NCBI GenBank assembly: GCA_902799835.1
Contig: CADCCF010000002.1
Coordinates: forward strand, 7,338-71,337
Source of the DNA: an uncultured Pseudomonadota bacterium
GTDB taxonomy: Bacteria; Pseudomonadota; Alphaproteobacteria; RF32; CAG-239
Length of the DNA stretch: 64,000 nucleotides
Direction: 5' to 3'
Notes under the pieces: generated by a model
Databases searched by the model: none
Seen by the model: the letters and a program-made list of their open reading frames with translations, nothing else
Told to the model about the DNA's origin: nothing
Made by a program: the position numbers and the translations under genes
Shown: positions 1-6,987 of the stretch, piece after piece
Position numbering within the stretch: position 1 is the first letter of the stretch
Layout: every line of letters begins with the position of its first letter

Positions 1-194
1 CGCTTAGTGTTGTTTTCGCCGTTTGGAGCCACTTCTGCCTGAGGAAAGCGTTCCAAAATCATATCGCGCATTCGTTCAGCCGTACGGCGCGATACATTAA
101 ATCTTTGTTGAATATCTTTTAATGACACGCCATCGCGTCCCGATTGCATCCAAATTGCTAAATCCAGTAAATCATGCGCTTTTTCATAAGCCAT
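1..194 (-). CDS. N-terminal 64 aa of a winged-HTH (HTH_11/DeoR-like, the class that fronts WYL-domain regulators) transcriptional regulator. The gene runs off the window start.
   Basis: Minus-strand ATG at 194-192 with SD-like AAGGGGG about 6 nt upstream. Translation is MAYEKAHDLLDLAIWMQSGRDGVSLKDIQQRFNVSRRTAERMRDMILERFPQAEVAPNGENNTK. The pattern LLxLxxxLxxxxxGxSxxDLxxRFxVSxRTxxRDxxxL is typical of this HTH class. It is absent from the ORF track because it has no stop inside the window. Confidence 0.5.
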   Translation of the reverse strand, partial: MAYEKAHDLLDLAIWMQSGRDGVSLKDIQQRFNVSRRTAERMRDMILERFPQAEVAPNGENNTK

Positions 195-312
195 AACAGC
201 CCCCTTTTTTATTTATCATAGCTTTTTATTTTATAAAAAACAAACACTATGTCATTTTTTGACGCATTTGTGTTCTAATTTAATCTCATTATCAATAAAA
301 AAGGAGACTAAA

Positions 313-1284
313 ATGACAATCGTAACGCAAAATTTTAACCCGCCGCTTAAAGTTTGTTTGGGCAACGAAAAGTATTATACTGAAATAGAATCGCGCCAAT
401 GGGAAACAGAAGATAAAGGAGATTTTGTCGCAACAATTCAAAACTTGGGCTATATCGGGAACCGCCAAATTGAAGAGGTTTGGAAACATTACCATAACGA
501 ATATTATATCAGCAACTATGGTTATATTGTAAAAATTGCTAAAGAGGATGCCGAAATTGCCGATATTATAATACCTGACATATTAAAAAATGCTGATGAA
601 AATTCATCCGGTGTGCGTTGGCTCGATTTCTTAGAAGAAGTTAAGTTGTTGTTTCGCCGGAATGCTTATGTGCCTAAAAATCGAGAAAATTCAGGCTGTC
701 AAATTTGTCTTAACATTACCGGAAAAACTGCAGAATATGATATTCATAAGTTGGTAGCACGGTTTTTCTTAAAGAAACCGGAAGATTATGCTAAGCATAG
801 CTATGTTGTCCACCATATTGATAATAATTCGTATAACAACAGTGTGACTAATTTAATTTATCTGAAAGCGGAGACGCATAAGGGTAATCAACATAAAATT
901 TATCATCCGATGTCTCATTCAGGTAAAAAAATTAAAATGAAAAAAATAGTTTTAGACACCGAAACAACGGGATTTTATCCCTTAAAAGGAGATAGAATTG
1001 TTGAAATCGGGGCACTGGAGTTGGATGAAAATGATTGCCCGACCGGACAAACATTTCATACTTACATCAATCCGGAGTGTGAAGTATCGGAAGAAGCCGT
1101 AAAAATACACGGATTAACCAACAATTTTTTAAAAGATTATCCGACTTTCGTTGATATAAAAGACGAATTTTTGCGCTTTATTGAGGGCAAAGCCTTAATT
1201 GCACATAATCTTTCCTTTGATTTAGGATTTTTAGAGCATGAATTAGGTTTCAATTTGCCAAACAAAATGATTGATACCTTGTAA
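313..1284 (+). CDS. Fusion protein: NUMOD4 motif plus HNH_3 (phage/homing-endonuclease-type HNH) N-terminal half, DnaQ-like DEDD 3'-5' exonuclease C-terminal half. The reading frame is cut by an in-frame TAA at 1282-1284.
   Basis: SD AAGGAG 7 nt upstream of ATG 313. NUMOD4-like EEVWKHYHNEYYISNYGYIVKIA. HNH_3-like YDIHKLVARFFLKKPEDYAKHSYVVHHIDNNSYNNSVTNLIYLKAETHKGNQH. Exo I is IVLDTETTGF and Exo II is LIAHNLSFDLGFL. Confidence 0.6.
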   Translation: MTIVTQNFNPPLKVCLGNEKYYTEIESRQWETEDKGDFVATIQNLGYIGNRQIEEVWKHYHNEYYISNYGYIVKIAKEDAEIADIIIPDILKNADENSSGVRWLDFLEEVKLLFRRNAYVPKNRENSGCQICLNITGKTAEYDIHKLVARFFLKKPEDYAKHSYVVHHIDNNSYNNSVTNLIYLKAETHKGNQHKIYHPMSHSGKKIKMKKIVLDTETTGFYPLKGDRIVEIGALELDENDCPTGQTFHTYINPECEVSEEAVKIHGLTNNFLKDYPTFVDIKDEFLRFIEGKALIAHNLSFDLGFLEHELGFNLPNKMIDTL

Positions 1285-1431
1285 ATAGCAAAAAAATCTT
1301 TTCCCGATACTATATGTTCCTTGGATGCACTTTGCAAAATATTCAAAATAAATCCAAAAGCTAAAAATGCTCAAGGCGCATTGCTTGATGTTATGTGCTT
1401 GGCAGAAGTTTATCAAAAATTGGCAAAATAA
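1285..1431 (+). pseudogene. In-frame continuation (48 codons) of the DnaQ-like exonuclease domain after the TAA stop. It contains Exo III-like QGALLDVMCLAEVY with the catalytic His replaced by Gln. The 313..1431 gene is therefore a likely pseudogene or recoded gene.
   Basis: Same frame as 313..1284. The sequence ...MIDTL*IAKKSFPDTICSLDALCKIFKINPKAKNAQGALLDVMCLAEVYQKLAK* matches the canonical C-terminal part of DnaQ-type domains (DTLxLAKKxFP...LDALC...HGALxDAxxxAxVY). Confidence 0.5.
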
Positions 1432-1490
1432 AGTTGCTTTAAGCGGATTTTAGACTATCATAATGGTATTAGCTAAATTAAGGAGCAAAA

Positions 1491-2444
1491 ATGACTGGGA
1501 AATTTGATGTAACCAAATGCTTTGCAGATGATAGCGTAAACAAGCAAAAAGGAAAGTTTTGGGAAAACTTTCATAATCTAGATATAGAAAAATGGAAAGA
1601 AGATAAAAGAAAAATCTACTACGATAATAAATATTGTGATAAAGATGCTCTACCAGATCCCGATGCAACTAGCAAAAGTTTATATGATATACATCAAACA
1701 TTATGGAACCTTCAAAGTGAAAAATTTAACATTTCCGAAGTAATTCCTAACCCTAAAAAAGATTGTGAACTAATAATTAAAGAAAAGGATATTCATTTGG
1801 GTAGTGATTCCATAATGAGTATTTATTGGCATTGGGCTGGAAACAAAGTGCCGTTTAGCACAATGCAAAAACTTATTGAAAAAATAGGTAGTAGTATTCA
1901 AGAAAGAAAGGAATACAACGAACTTAAAAAAGAAATGAAAGAAAAAGGCTGTGATACAGAAAAATATTTACCAAACCAATTAAAAAATTTTATTTATCTA
2001 TATCTAAAAAAAGCCAATACAATTGGTGGATTTGTTGTTTTTCCAAAACATGATAAAAATATTAATGGTCGCAGAGGTATCTCTGCTAAAATACGAGATC
2101 GTTTTGACTTAACTCTTGAGTGTATAAAAAGAGGATATGAAAAAATTTTTGATGAAAACGACCTAAATAACCCTCTAGCTGATGTTCTAAAAGCTGATCA
2201 AGAATTTTTCAAAATGTTTGAATCTTTTGATAATTACATAAATTTCTTTTGCTTAAATTCTTGGATAGAAGATGGTCATGTTTTAAGCTTAATTGATAAC
2301 CAACACTTAGATAATTGGGATTTTAATAACGGTGAGCCTCTTCCGACAAAAGATAATTGGTGGACGTTTTATAAAAATATAATGAGCCGCCTTGATGCTC
2401 GTAATAAAGCTATTCAAGATCTATTTCCGGAGGAAAATAAATGA
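1491..2444 (+). CDS. Hypothetical 317-aa protein with no recognisable family. Second gene of the cassette.
   Basis: Long ORF with SD AAGGAG 7 nt upstream, 60 bp after the preceding gene. Its end overlaps the next start by 4 nt (ATGA). Confidence 0.6.
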   Translation: MTGKFDVTKCFADDSVNKQKGKFWENFHNLDIEKWKEDKRKIYYDNKYCDKDALPDPDATSKSLYDIHQTLWNLQSEKFNISEVIPNPKKDCELIIKEKDIHLGSDSIMSIYWHWAGNKVPFSTMQKLIEKIGSSIQERKEYNELKKEMKEKGCDTEKYLPNQLKNFIYLYLKKANTIGGFVVFPKHDKNINGRRGISAKIRDRFDLTLECIKRGYEKIFDENDLNNPLADVLKADQEFFKMFESFDNYINFFCLNSWIEDGHVLSLIDNQHLDNWDFNNGEPLPTKDNWWTFYKNIMSRLDARNKAIQDLFPEENK

Positions 2445-2935
2445 AATTTATAAAAATACTCGGCAAAAGCCTCTGGTTTGTAATAAAGCTCGCCTTTAAG
2501 ATTATCAAATTGCCTTTTGTTATTTTGATTTTCTTAGGTGGCGCCTCAAGCGGTGCAACTAGTGATGAAGCAACAATCAGCGATTATAATACCGGCAGAA
2601 CTTTATATAAAATAAAAGACGATCGTGTTGACGAATATGATACCGGGCGGACATTGTATAAAATTAATGGTAATTACTTTGAAGATGACTATAACGGTCG
2701 AACCATATATAAGCTCAATAATGATTATATTGAAGAGTATTCCAACGGTCGTAGTTTGTATAAAATAAAGGACAACTATATAGAAGAATATAGCACAGGA
2801 AACACATTGTACAGGATAAGAGATAATTACATTGAAGATTATAGCACCGGCAGAACCTTGTATAAAGTCGATGGCAAAATAACCGCATGGGTTATCATAA
2901 CCATTCTCATTTACGAAGGTATTTTGGAAAGATAA
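2441..2935 (+). CDS. Small membrane-anchored protein made of six tandem ~17-aa repeats with consensus Y-S/D-T-G-R-T-L-Y-K-I-x-D-N-Y-I-E-E.
   Basis: SD GGAGGA upstream and a 4-nt overlap with the upstream stop. N-terminal hydrophobic helix LPFVILIFLGG. A second hydrophobic stretch AWVIITILIY lies at the C-terminus. Confidence 0.6.
   Translation: MKFIKILGKSLWFVIKLAFKIIKLPFVILIFLGGASSGATSDEATISDYNTGRTLYKIKDDRVDEYDTGRTLYKINGNYFEDDYNGRTIYKLNNDYIEEYSNGRSLYKIKDNYIEEYSTGNTLYRIRDNYIEDYSTGRTLYKVDGKITAWVIITILIYEGILER
2581..2880 (+). repeat. Imperfect tandem ~51-bp coding repeats (x6) inside CDS 2441..2935.
   Basis: Repeated TGRTLYKI / NGRTIYKL / NGRSLYKI / TGNTLYRI / TGRTLYKV peptide units are visible in translation and as DNA periodicity. 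Confidence 0.55.
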
Positions 2936-3015
2936 TTTTAAAATTATTGCTTTTATTAATCAAGCAGATCAAGTCTAAATCAAGAATATGATACCGCCAA
3001 GCATCTAAAAATAGT

Positions 3016-3044
3016 TTGACTTGCAATCGAGATTATGTTATAAA
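3016..3044 (+). promoter_or_regulatory. Sigma70-like promoter TTGACT-17-TATAAA for the thrS-like gene, followed by a ~190-nt leader.
   Basis: TTGACT at 3016-3021, a 17-nt spacer and TATAAA at 3039-3044. Confidence 0.45.
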
Positions 3045-3092
3045 GACAATATGTTAAACGAAAGAGACATTTTTTTTCAATCATTTCAATTA

Positions 3093-3122
3093 CAGAACTT
3101 GCATGAAAGTTCTGCTTTTTGT
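3093..3122 (+). terminator. Terminator-like hairpin plus U-run inside the thrS-like leader. It is a possible attenuator. A second GC hairpin lies at 3149-3164.
   Basis: cagaactt-gcatga-aagttctg followed by cttttt. The second hairpin is caccgc-ttag-gcggtg. Confidence 0.35.
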
Positions 3123-3237
3123 GTTTCTTTAACCTTTACCGTAACCACCACCGCTTAGGCGGTGATATTTCTTTATTTCTGGATTTATATCCATACAAGT
3201 AATTTAAAGTTTAACAATTTTCGTAAAGGTTAGAAAA

Positions 3238-4512
3238 ATGAATAATAATATAGATGAAAAACAAAATATTTCCGAAAACGACCATCGTCGTATCGGTAAG
3301 GAACTGGACTTATTTTCTTTTAGTGATTATGTAGGATCCGGATTGGCTTTGTGGCATCCCAATGGCGCAATCATTAGAGGCGAAATAGAATCTTTTTGGA
3401 AAAAAGAACATCAAAAAGCCGGCTATAAATATGTCTATTCTCCGGTTGTCGGATTAAAACAGCTATGGGAAAAATCCGGTCATTTGGATCATTTTGCCGA
3501 CTGTATGTATCCGCCGATGGATATGTCCTTAAAGGATAAAGAAGAACAGGGGGCTTATTATGTTAAGCCGATGAGCTGTCCTTTTCATGTGGCAATTTAT
3601 AATGCTTCCGTACATTCATATAAAGAACTTCCGATTAAATATTGTGAACTTGGAAATGTTTATCGTTATGAAGCATCTGGCGGTCTGCAAGGACTATTGC
3701 GCGTTCGTTGCATTACGCAAGATGATGCGCATATTATCTGTCGTCAAGATCAGTTTATGGAAGAGCTTTCAAAGGTTTTGGACTTTGGTTTTGCTTTCAA
3801 TAAAGTCTTTGGCTATGATAAGTTTAAAGTATACTTTTCCATTCGTGATTTAAAAAACAAAAAGGATAAATATATTGAAAACGAGCCCGTTTGGCAAATG
3901 GCCGAGCAAGCGATAGAACAAGTCTTAAAAGACAAAAAACTTCCATATGATATAGATGTCGGAGGAGCAAAATTTTACGGACCGGCCATTGATGTCAAAG
4001 CCGTAGATGAAAATGGCAAGGAATGGCAATGTATGACGATTCAACTGGATATGAATTTGCCGGAAAAATGGGGAATGTCTTATATCGGTGAAGATGGTCA
4101 AAAGCACGTGCCGATTATGTTGCACCGCGCCATTTTAGGATCATTGGAGCGTTTTATCGGCGTATATTTGGAAAGATGCGAAGGTAAATTGCCGGTTTGG
4201 TTGTCACCGATTCAGGTCAAAATTTTACCGGTATCGGACAGGCACCAAGAACAAGCTCTGCAAATTCAAGAACAGCTACTGGCACAAGATATACGTGCTG
4301 AAGCTGATTTATCCAGCAATACGATTTCGTATCAAATCAGAAATGCGGTTAAAAAGAAAATTCCTTATGTTATTGTGATAGGAGACAAAGAAATTGAAAA
4401 TAATCATGTTTCTGTCAGATTGCGTAATGGTGAACAATTAGACGACATTCCGCTTGCTGATTTTATGAAACGTGTATCCGCAAAAATAAAAAACAAAAGT
4501 ATAGATTTGTAA
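3238..4512 (+). CDS. thrS: Threonyl-tRNA synthetase catalytic core plus anticodon-binding domain only (424 aa). The N-terminal TGS and editing domains are absent.
   Basis: Aligns with E. coli ThrRS from about residue 236 (DHRRIGKELDLF vs DHRKIGKQLDLY) through the C-terminus. Class II motifs are present: PMSCPFH, YRYEASGGLQGLLRVRCITQDDAHI and HRAILGSLERFIGVYLE. An in-frame upstream stop prevents N-terminal extension. Confidence 0.85.
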   Translation: MNNNIDEKQNISENDHRRIGKELDLFSFSDYVGSGLALWHPNGAIIRGEIESFWKKEHQKAGYKYVYSPVVGLKQLWEKSGHLDHFADCMYPPMDMSLKDKEEQGAYYVKPMSCPFHVAIYNASVHSYKELPIKYCELGNVYRYEASGGLQGLLRVRCITQDDAHIICRQDQFMEELSKVLDFGFAFNKVFGYDKFKVYFSIRDLKNKKDKYIENEPVWQMAEQAIEQVLKDKKLPYDIDVGGAKFYGPAIDVKAVDENGKEWQCMTIQLDMNLPEKWGMSYIGEDGQKHVPIMLHRAILGSLERFIGVYLERCEGKLPVWLSPIQVKILPVSDRHQEQALQIQEQLLAQDIRAEADLSSNTISYQIRNAVKKKIPYVIVIGDKEIENNHVSVRLRNGEQLDDIPLADFMKRVSAKIKNKSIDL

Positions 4513-4520
4513 AAGCAAAA

Positions 4521-4545
4521 ATCCTCCACAGAAGTGGGGGATTTT
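4521..4545 (+). terminator. Hairpin after thrS-like with a weak T-run.
   Basis: atcctccac-agaa-gtgggggat, then ttt. Confidence 0.35.
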
Positions 4546-4659
4546 ATGTATCATCATGCTGCTGGAATGTTCTTTCTTGACAAGGTTGTGTTTTTATATA
4601 GACTAAGCTTGTTAAATTATAATTATATCCAACAATTATTAATAAAAAATATTATTTCT

Positions 4660-5097
4660 ATGAAAAAATCTAGTAATCATTCCAAATTTGGTGATGAATT
4701 TGATGTTCTATGTATTGTTGATGGCAAAAAAGTTCGCTTGCCGTTTTCTAAAAGAAACCAGGGCGAGCCGATTGGTATCTTTCCATTTAACGGACCGGAA
4801 TATATTGAGCTTGAAGAGGTAGAAAATAAAAAGCACACTGACAAAGATGTTGATGAATCACGCCTTTTAGATGAACGCTTTTGTTGTGGCAAGGTTTCCA
4901 TAGTTGCTGACCGGCTAAACTCCTGCTTAAAAGAGATGGGAAAACCTGTACTGGAAAGCACATATCTTGCAGACAGCTCTTATATGAGGGGTGCGGGATG
5001 GATAATCCGCTTTGATGGTTCAAGTGATTATTACGGCGGCAACATTCCGGCAAAACTGCGCTATATGGGGTATTTCCATGAAGCTTGCCGAAAGTGA
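4660..5097 (+). CDS. Hypothetical protein. The start is uncertain; the ORF is open from 4534.
   Basis: ORF 4534..5097. Upstream ATGs sit inside the terminator hairpin, so the internal ATG at 4660 (MKKSSNHSKF...) is favoured. A clean terminator follows. Confidence 0.4.
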   Translation: MKKSSNHSKFGDEFDVLCIVDGKKVRLPFSKRNQGEPIGIFPFNGPEYIELEEVENKKHTDKDVDESRLLDERFCCGKVSIVADRLNSCLKEMGKPVLESTYLADSSYMRGAGWIIRFDGSSDYYGGNIPAKLRYMGYFHEACRK

Positions 5098-5124
5098 AGC
5101 AGTCAAGACAAGAACATTGCAAAA

Positions 5125-5160
5125 ATTCTCCATAGCGAAACACTATGGAGAATTTTTTGT
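5125..5160 (+). terminator. Rho-independent terminator.
   Basis: attctccatag-cgaaacac-tatggagaat followed by TTTTTTG. Confidence 0.6.
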
Positions 5161-5441
5161 TATAAAAAATCGACGAAAGTATCCGTTTCCTAGTTGTATC
5201 TATATTGGTCGTGCACACTAGGGATAAATCCGAAAATTGATACCATTTTTTGATTGTTTCATTTTCATCTCTAAAATAGTGTGGACGCGTTTTTAGGTTC
5301 GATTACAAAAAAATAGTCTGTTATAAGGCTTTGAAGACAGTTTTATAATTTTACAGCTTAGCATACGGATAAATTAGGAATGAACACTTTATCGAATGCT
5401 TTCTCTTGCGAGTCCATATATTGCGAACCGGTACAAATTAT

Positions 5442-5470
5442 TTGACATATATACAGAATCAGACTATAAT
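5442..5470 (+). promoter_or_regulatory. Perfect-consensus sigma70 promoter TTGACA-17-TATAAT.
   Basis: TTGACA at 5442-5447, a 17-nt spacer and TATAAT at 5465-5470. It lies 35 nt upstream of SD GGAGGAG and ATG 5506. Confidence 0.6.
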
Positions 5471-5505
5471 AAACTCATATTTGTACAATCTATGGAGGAG
5501 AAAAT

Positions 5506-6411
5506 ATGGTTAATATTATTGCCGCCGCCGTTGCCGCCGCTGTTAAGGAACGTCGTATAAGAGAGGAAGAACAAAGGCGATATAGAGAGGCTTTAAGAAT
5601 AGAAGAAGAAAGACGTCGTGAAGAAGAAAGACGTCGTGAAGAAGAAAGACGTCGTGAAGAAGAAAGACGTCGTGAAGAAGAGATTATTGATAAACAAAAG
5701 CGAAGGGCAGAAAATATAGCACGCAACCATCACAGGATATCAGATACGAATAACATCGGTGTAACAGATACGTCAATAACTTTTTTGGAAAAATATTACC
5801 ATCAGAAAGACGAATTATTAAGTGCCATAGTTTCTTCGGACGGCTATGAAAGTAAATGCGCCGACGGTTCGTCCATATTTTTTGGCAAAAATTACTACGT
5901 ACATAAGCTTACAAATGGAGTGCAGAGAATTTATGAAGACCGTGGAAGTTTGGTAAGACTTTGTCGAGAAGATATGCCGGATGGCCGGTCAAGAGTTTAC
6001 GGTGCTAAAGATGAGCATGGTACGCAGTTCACGGATGAAGATTGTTTCTTGCTGTATGAGTGTGATGCGAGCGGAAATTATAAACGCTATGGTGAAAAAG
6101 GCAAATACGGAAAATGGACGAGAACGGACGAAGTTGTGGAAGATGGTAAAATTAATACTTCTGAAATTCTGAATGATAATCAAATTTTTGCATATGAAGA
6201 ACTGAAAAAAGCCATTGAACGCGACGAAGTCGGATTGGATATGTTGAAAATTAAAAAAGAAATTTTACGTAAGAAACTTGGAGGTAAGACAGGTCAAACT
6301 GCAGATTCAAGAACAGGCGAAAAAACAGAAGAACATAAACAAACGGCAAAGACACATATTGATATTACCAAAGTTGTAATGAAAGTAGGGCGAGGACAGA
6401 ACATAAAGTAA
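5506..6411 (+). CDS. Hypothetical 301-aa protein with an N-terminal Ala-rich segment, an (EERRRE)x4 charged repeat and an uncharacterised C-terminal domain.
   Basis: Strong promoter and SD. The ORF ends before a long palindromic terminator. Confidence 0.6.
   Translation: MVNIIAAAVAAAVKERRIREEEQRRYREALRIEEERRREEERRREEERRREEERRREEEIIDKQKRRAENIARNHHRISDTNNIGVTDTSITFLEKYYHQKDELLSAIVSSDGYESKCADGSSIFFGKNYYVHKLTNGVQRIYEDRGSLVRLCREDMPDGRSRVYGAKDEHGTQFTDEDCFLLYECDASGNYKRYGEKGKYGKWTRTDEVVEDGKINTSEILNDNQIFAYEELKKAIERDEVGLDMLKIKKEILRKKLGGKTGQTADSRTGEKTEEHKQTAKTHIDITKVVMKVGRGQNIK
5605..5676 (+). repeat. Four perfect tandem copies of an 18-bp unit gaagaaagacgtcgtgaa (EERRRE) inside CDS 5506..6411.
   Basis: Exact repeats read directly at 5605-5622, 5623-5640, 5641-5658 and 5659-5676. 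Confidence 0.9.
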
Positions 6412-6704
6412 ATCGTCTGACAAATAGTCTTGGTAATTGAATGTTTCCGTAATATGTCCGTATTCAAATACAGAGCAATCAATCTGTTCAAATTTGTCTG
6501 GGGCTAATTCAACAATAAGCCATATAACGGCTCACAATAAAATATTACAGAGCAGAAAGCACCTGAGATATTTTAATGTTGTATATTTTTTCTTTTGTGT
6601 TTCACAACCAGAGGTCAACCCCACCTTATTGGATTTGAACTGGCGACAGCAATCTTGTCAAACACGCTTTCCTCCCGTGTTCTAATCCATTCACTTCGTT
6701 ATTT

Positions 6705-6745
6705 AAAACAGAAAAGGCGGTGATAAACACCGCTTTTTCTGTTTT
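6705..6745. terminator. Long near-perfect palindrome that acts as a bidirectional intrinsic terminator.
   Basis: aaaacagaaaaggcggtg-ataaa-caccgctttttctgtttt. Confidence 0.6.
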
Positions 6746-6747
6746 AA

Positions 6748-6790
6748 TGGTCGGGTTGAAGAGGACTACTTCGTTCACTGCGCTCATCAG
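6748..6790 (-). other. Degenerate partial copy of the 3' half of tRNA-Pro. It is a possible att-site remnant or tRNA pseudogene fragment.
   Basis: tggtcgggttgaagaggact...acttcgttcac...gcgctcatcag aligns with the tRNA-Pro segments tggtcgggacgagaggatt...acttcttgcac...gcgctctaccag. It has an internal deletion and lies 120 bp downstream of the intact tRNA in the same orientation. Confidence 0.4.
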
Positions 6791-6876
6791 CTAAAGCTGA
6801 CCGCCGCGCTTTCGCTCGGCTTTCGCTTGTAGTCGAACCTCCTTTTTCGGAGCTTCAAATCCTGATTCCAAAACCA

Positions 6877-6911
6877 ACAAAAAAACCACCCATAAAGGGT
6901 GGCTTTTTATT
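6877..6911. terminator. Bidirectional terminator hairpin directly 3' of tRNA-Pro.
   Basis: aaaaaaa ccaccc-ataa-agggtgg ctttttatt. Confidence 0.55.
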
Positions 6912-6987
6912 GGTCGGGACGAGAGGATTCGAACCTCCGACTTCTTGCACCCCATGCAAGCGCTCTACCAGACTGAACTACGTCCCG
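6911..6987 (-). tRNA. tRNA-Pro, anticodon GGG.
   Basis: Minus-strand sequence CGGGACG TA GTTC AGTCTGGTA GAGC G CTTGC ATGGGGT GCAAG AAGTC GGAGG TTCGAAT CCTCT CGTCCCG A CCA. It has a C1:G72 pair, A73, G37 and an encoded CCA. Confidence 0.85.

Noticed and set aside
195-312. AACAC-N25-GTGTT inverted repeat in the divergent intergenic region; I considered an operator for the HTH regulator.
   Set aside because: The half-sites are only 5 bp, which in AT-rich DNA is expected by chance. I mention it only as a place to look.
3140-3170. ACCACCACCGC string in the thrS-like leader; I considered a T-box element.
   Set aside because: There is no AATTAGGGTGGNACCGCG T-box consensus or specifier-loop architecture. 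T-boxes are also not expected in this lineage.
4534-4659. Upstream extension of the 4534..5097 ORF.
   Set aside because: The first ATGs lie within the thrS-like terminator hairpin and lack an SD. The internal ATG at 4660 is favoured, but this remains uncertain.
5605-5676. Perfect 18-bp direct repeats; I considered a CRISPR-like array.
   Set aside because: The repeats are contiguous with no spacers and lie in frame inside a CDS, where they encode EERRRE.
6437-6685. 82-aa ORF in the gap before the tRNA-Pro region. The gap contains a GGATTTGAAC T-arm-like string; I checked it for a tRNA or tmRNA fragment.
   Set aside because: No acceptor or anticodon stems can be built around it on either strand. 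The ORF has no SD and a low-complexity composition. Most likely non-coding spacer.
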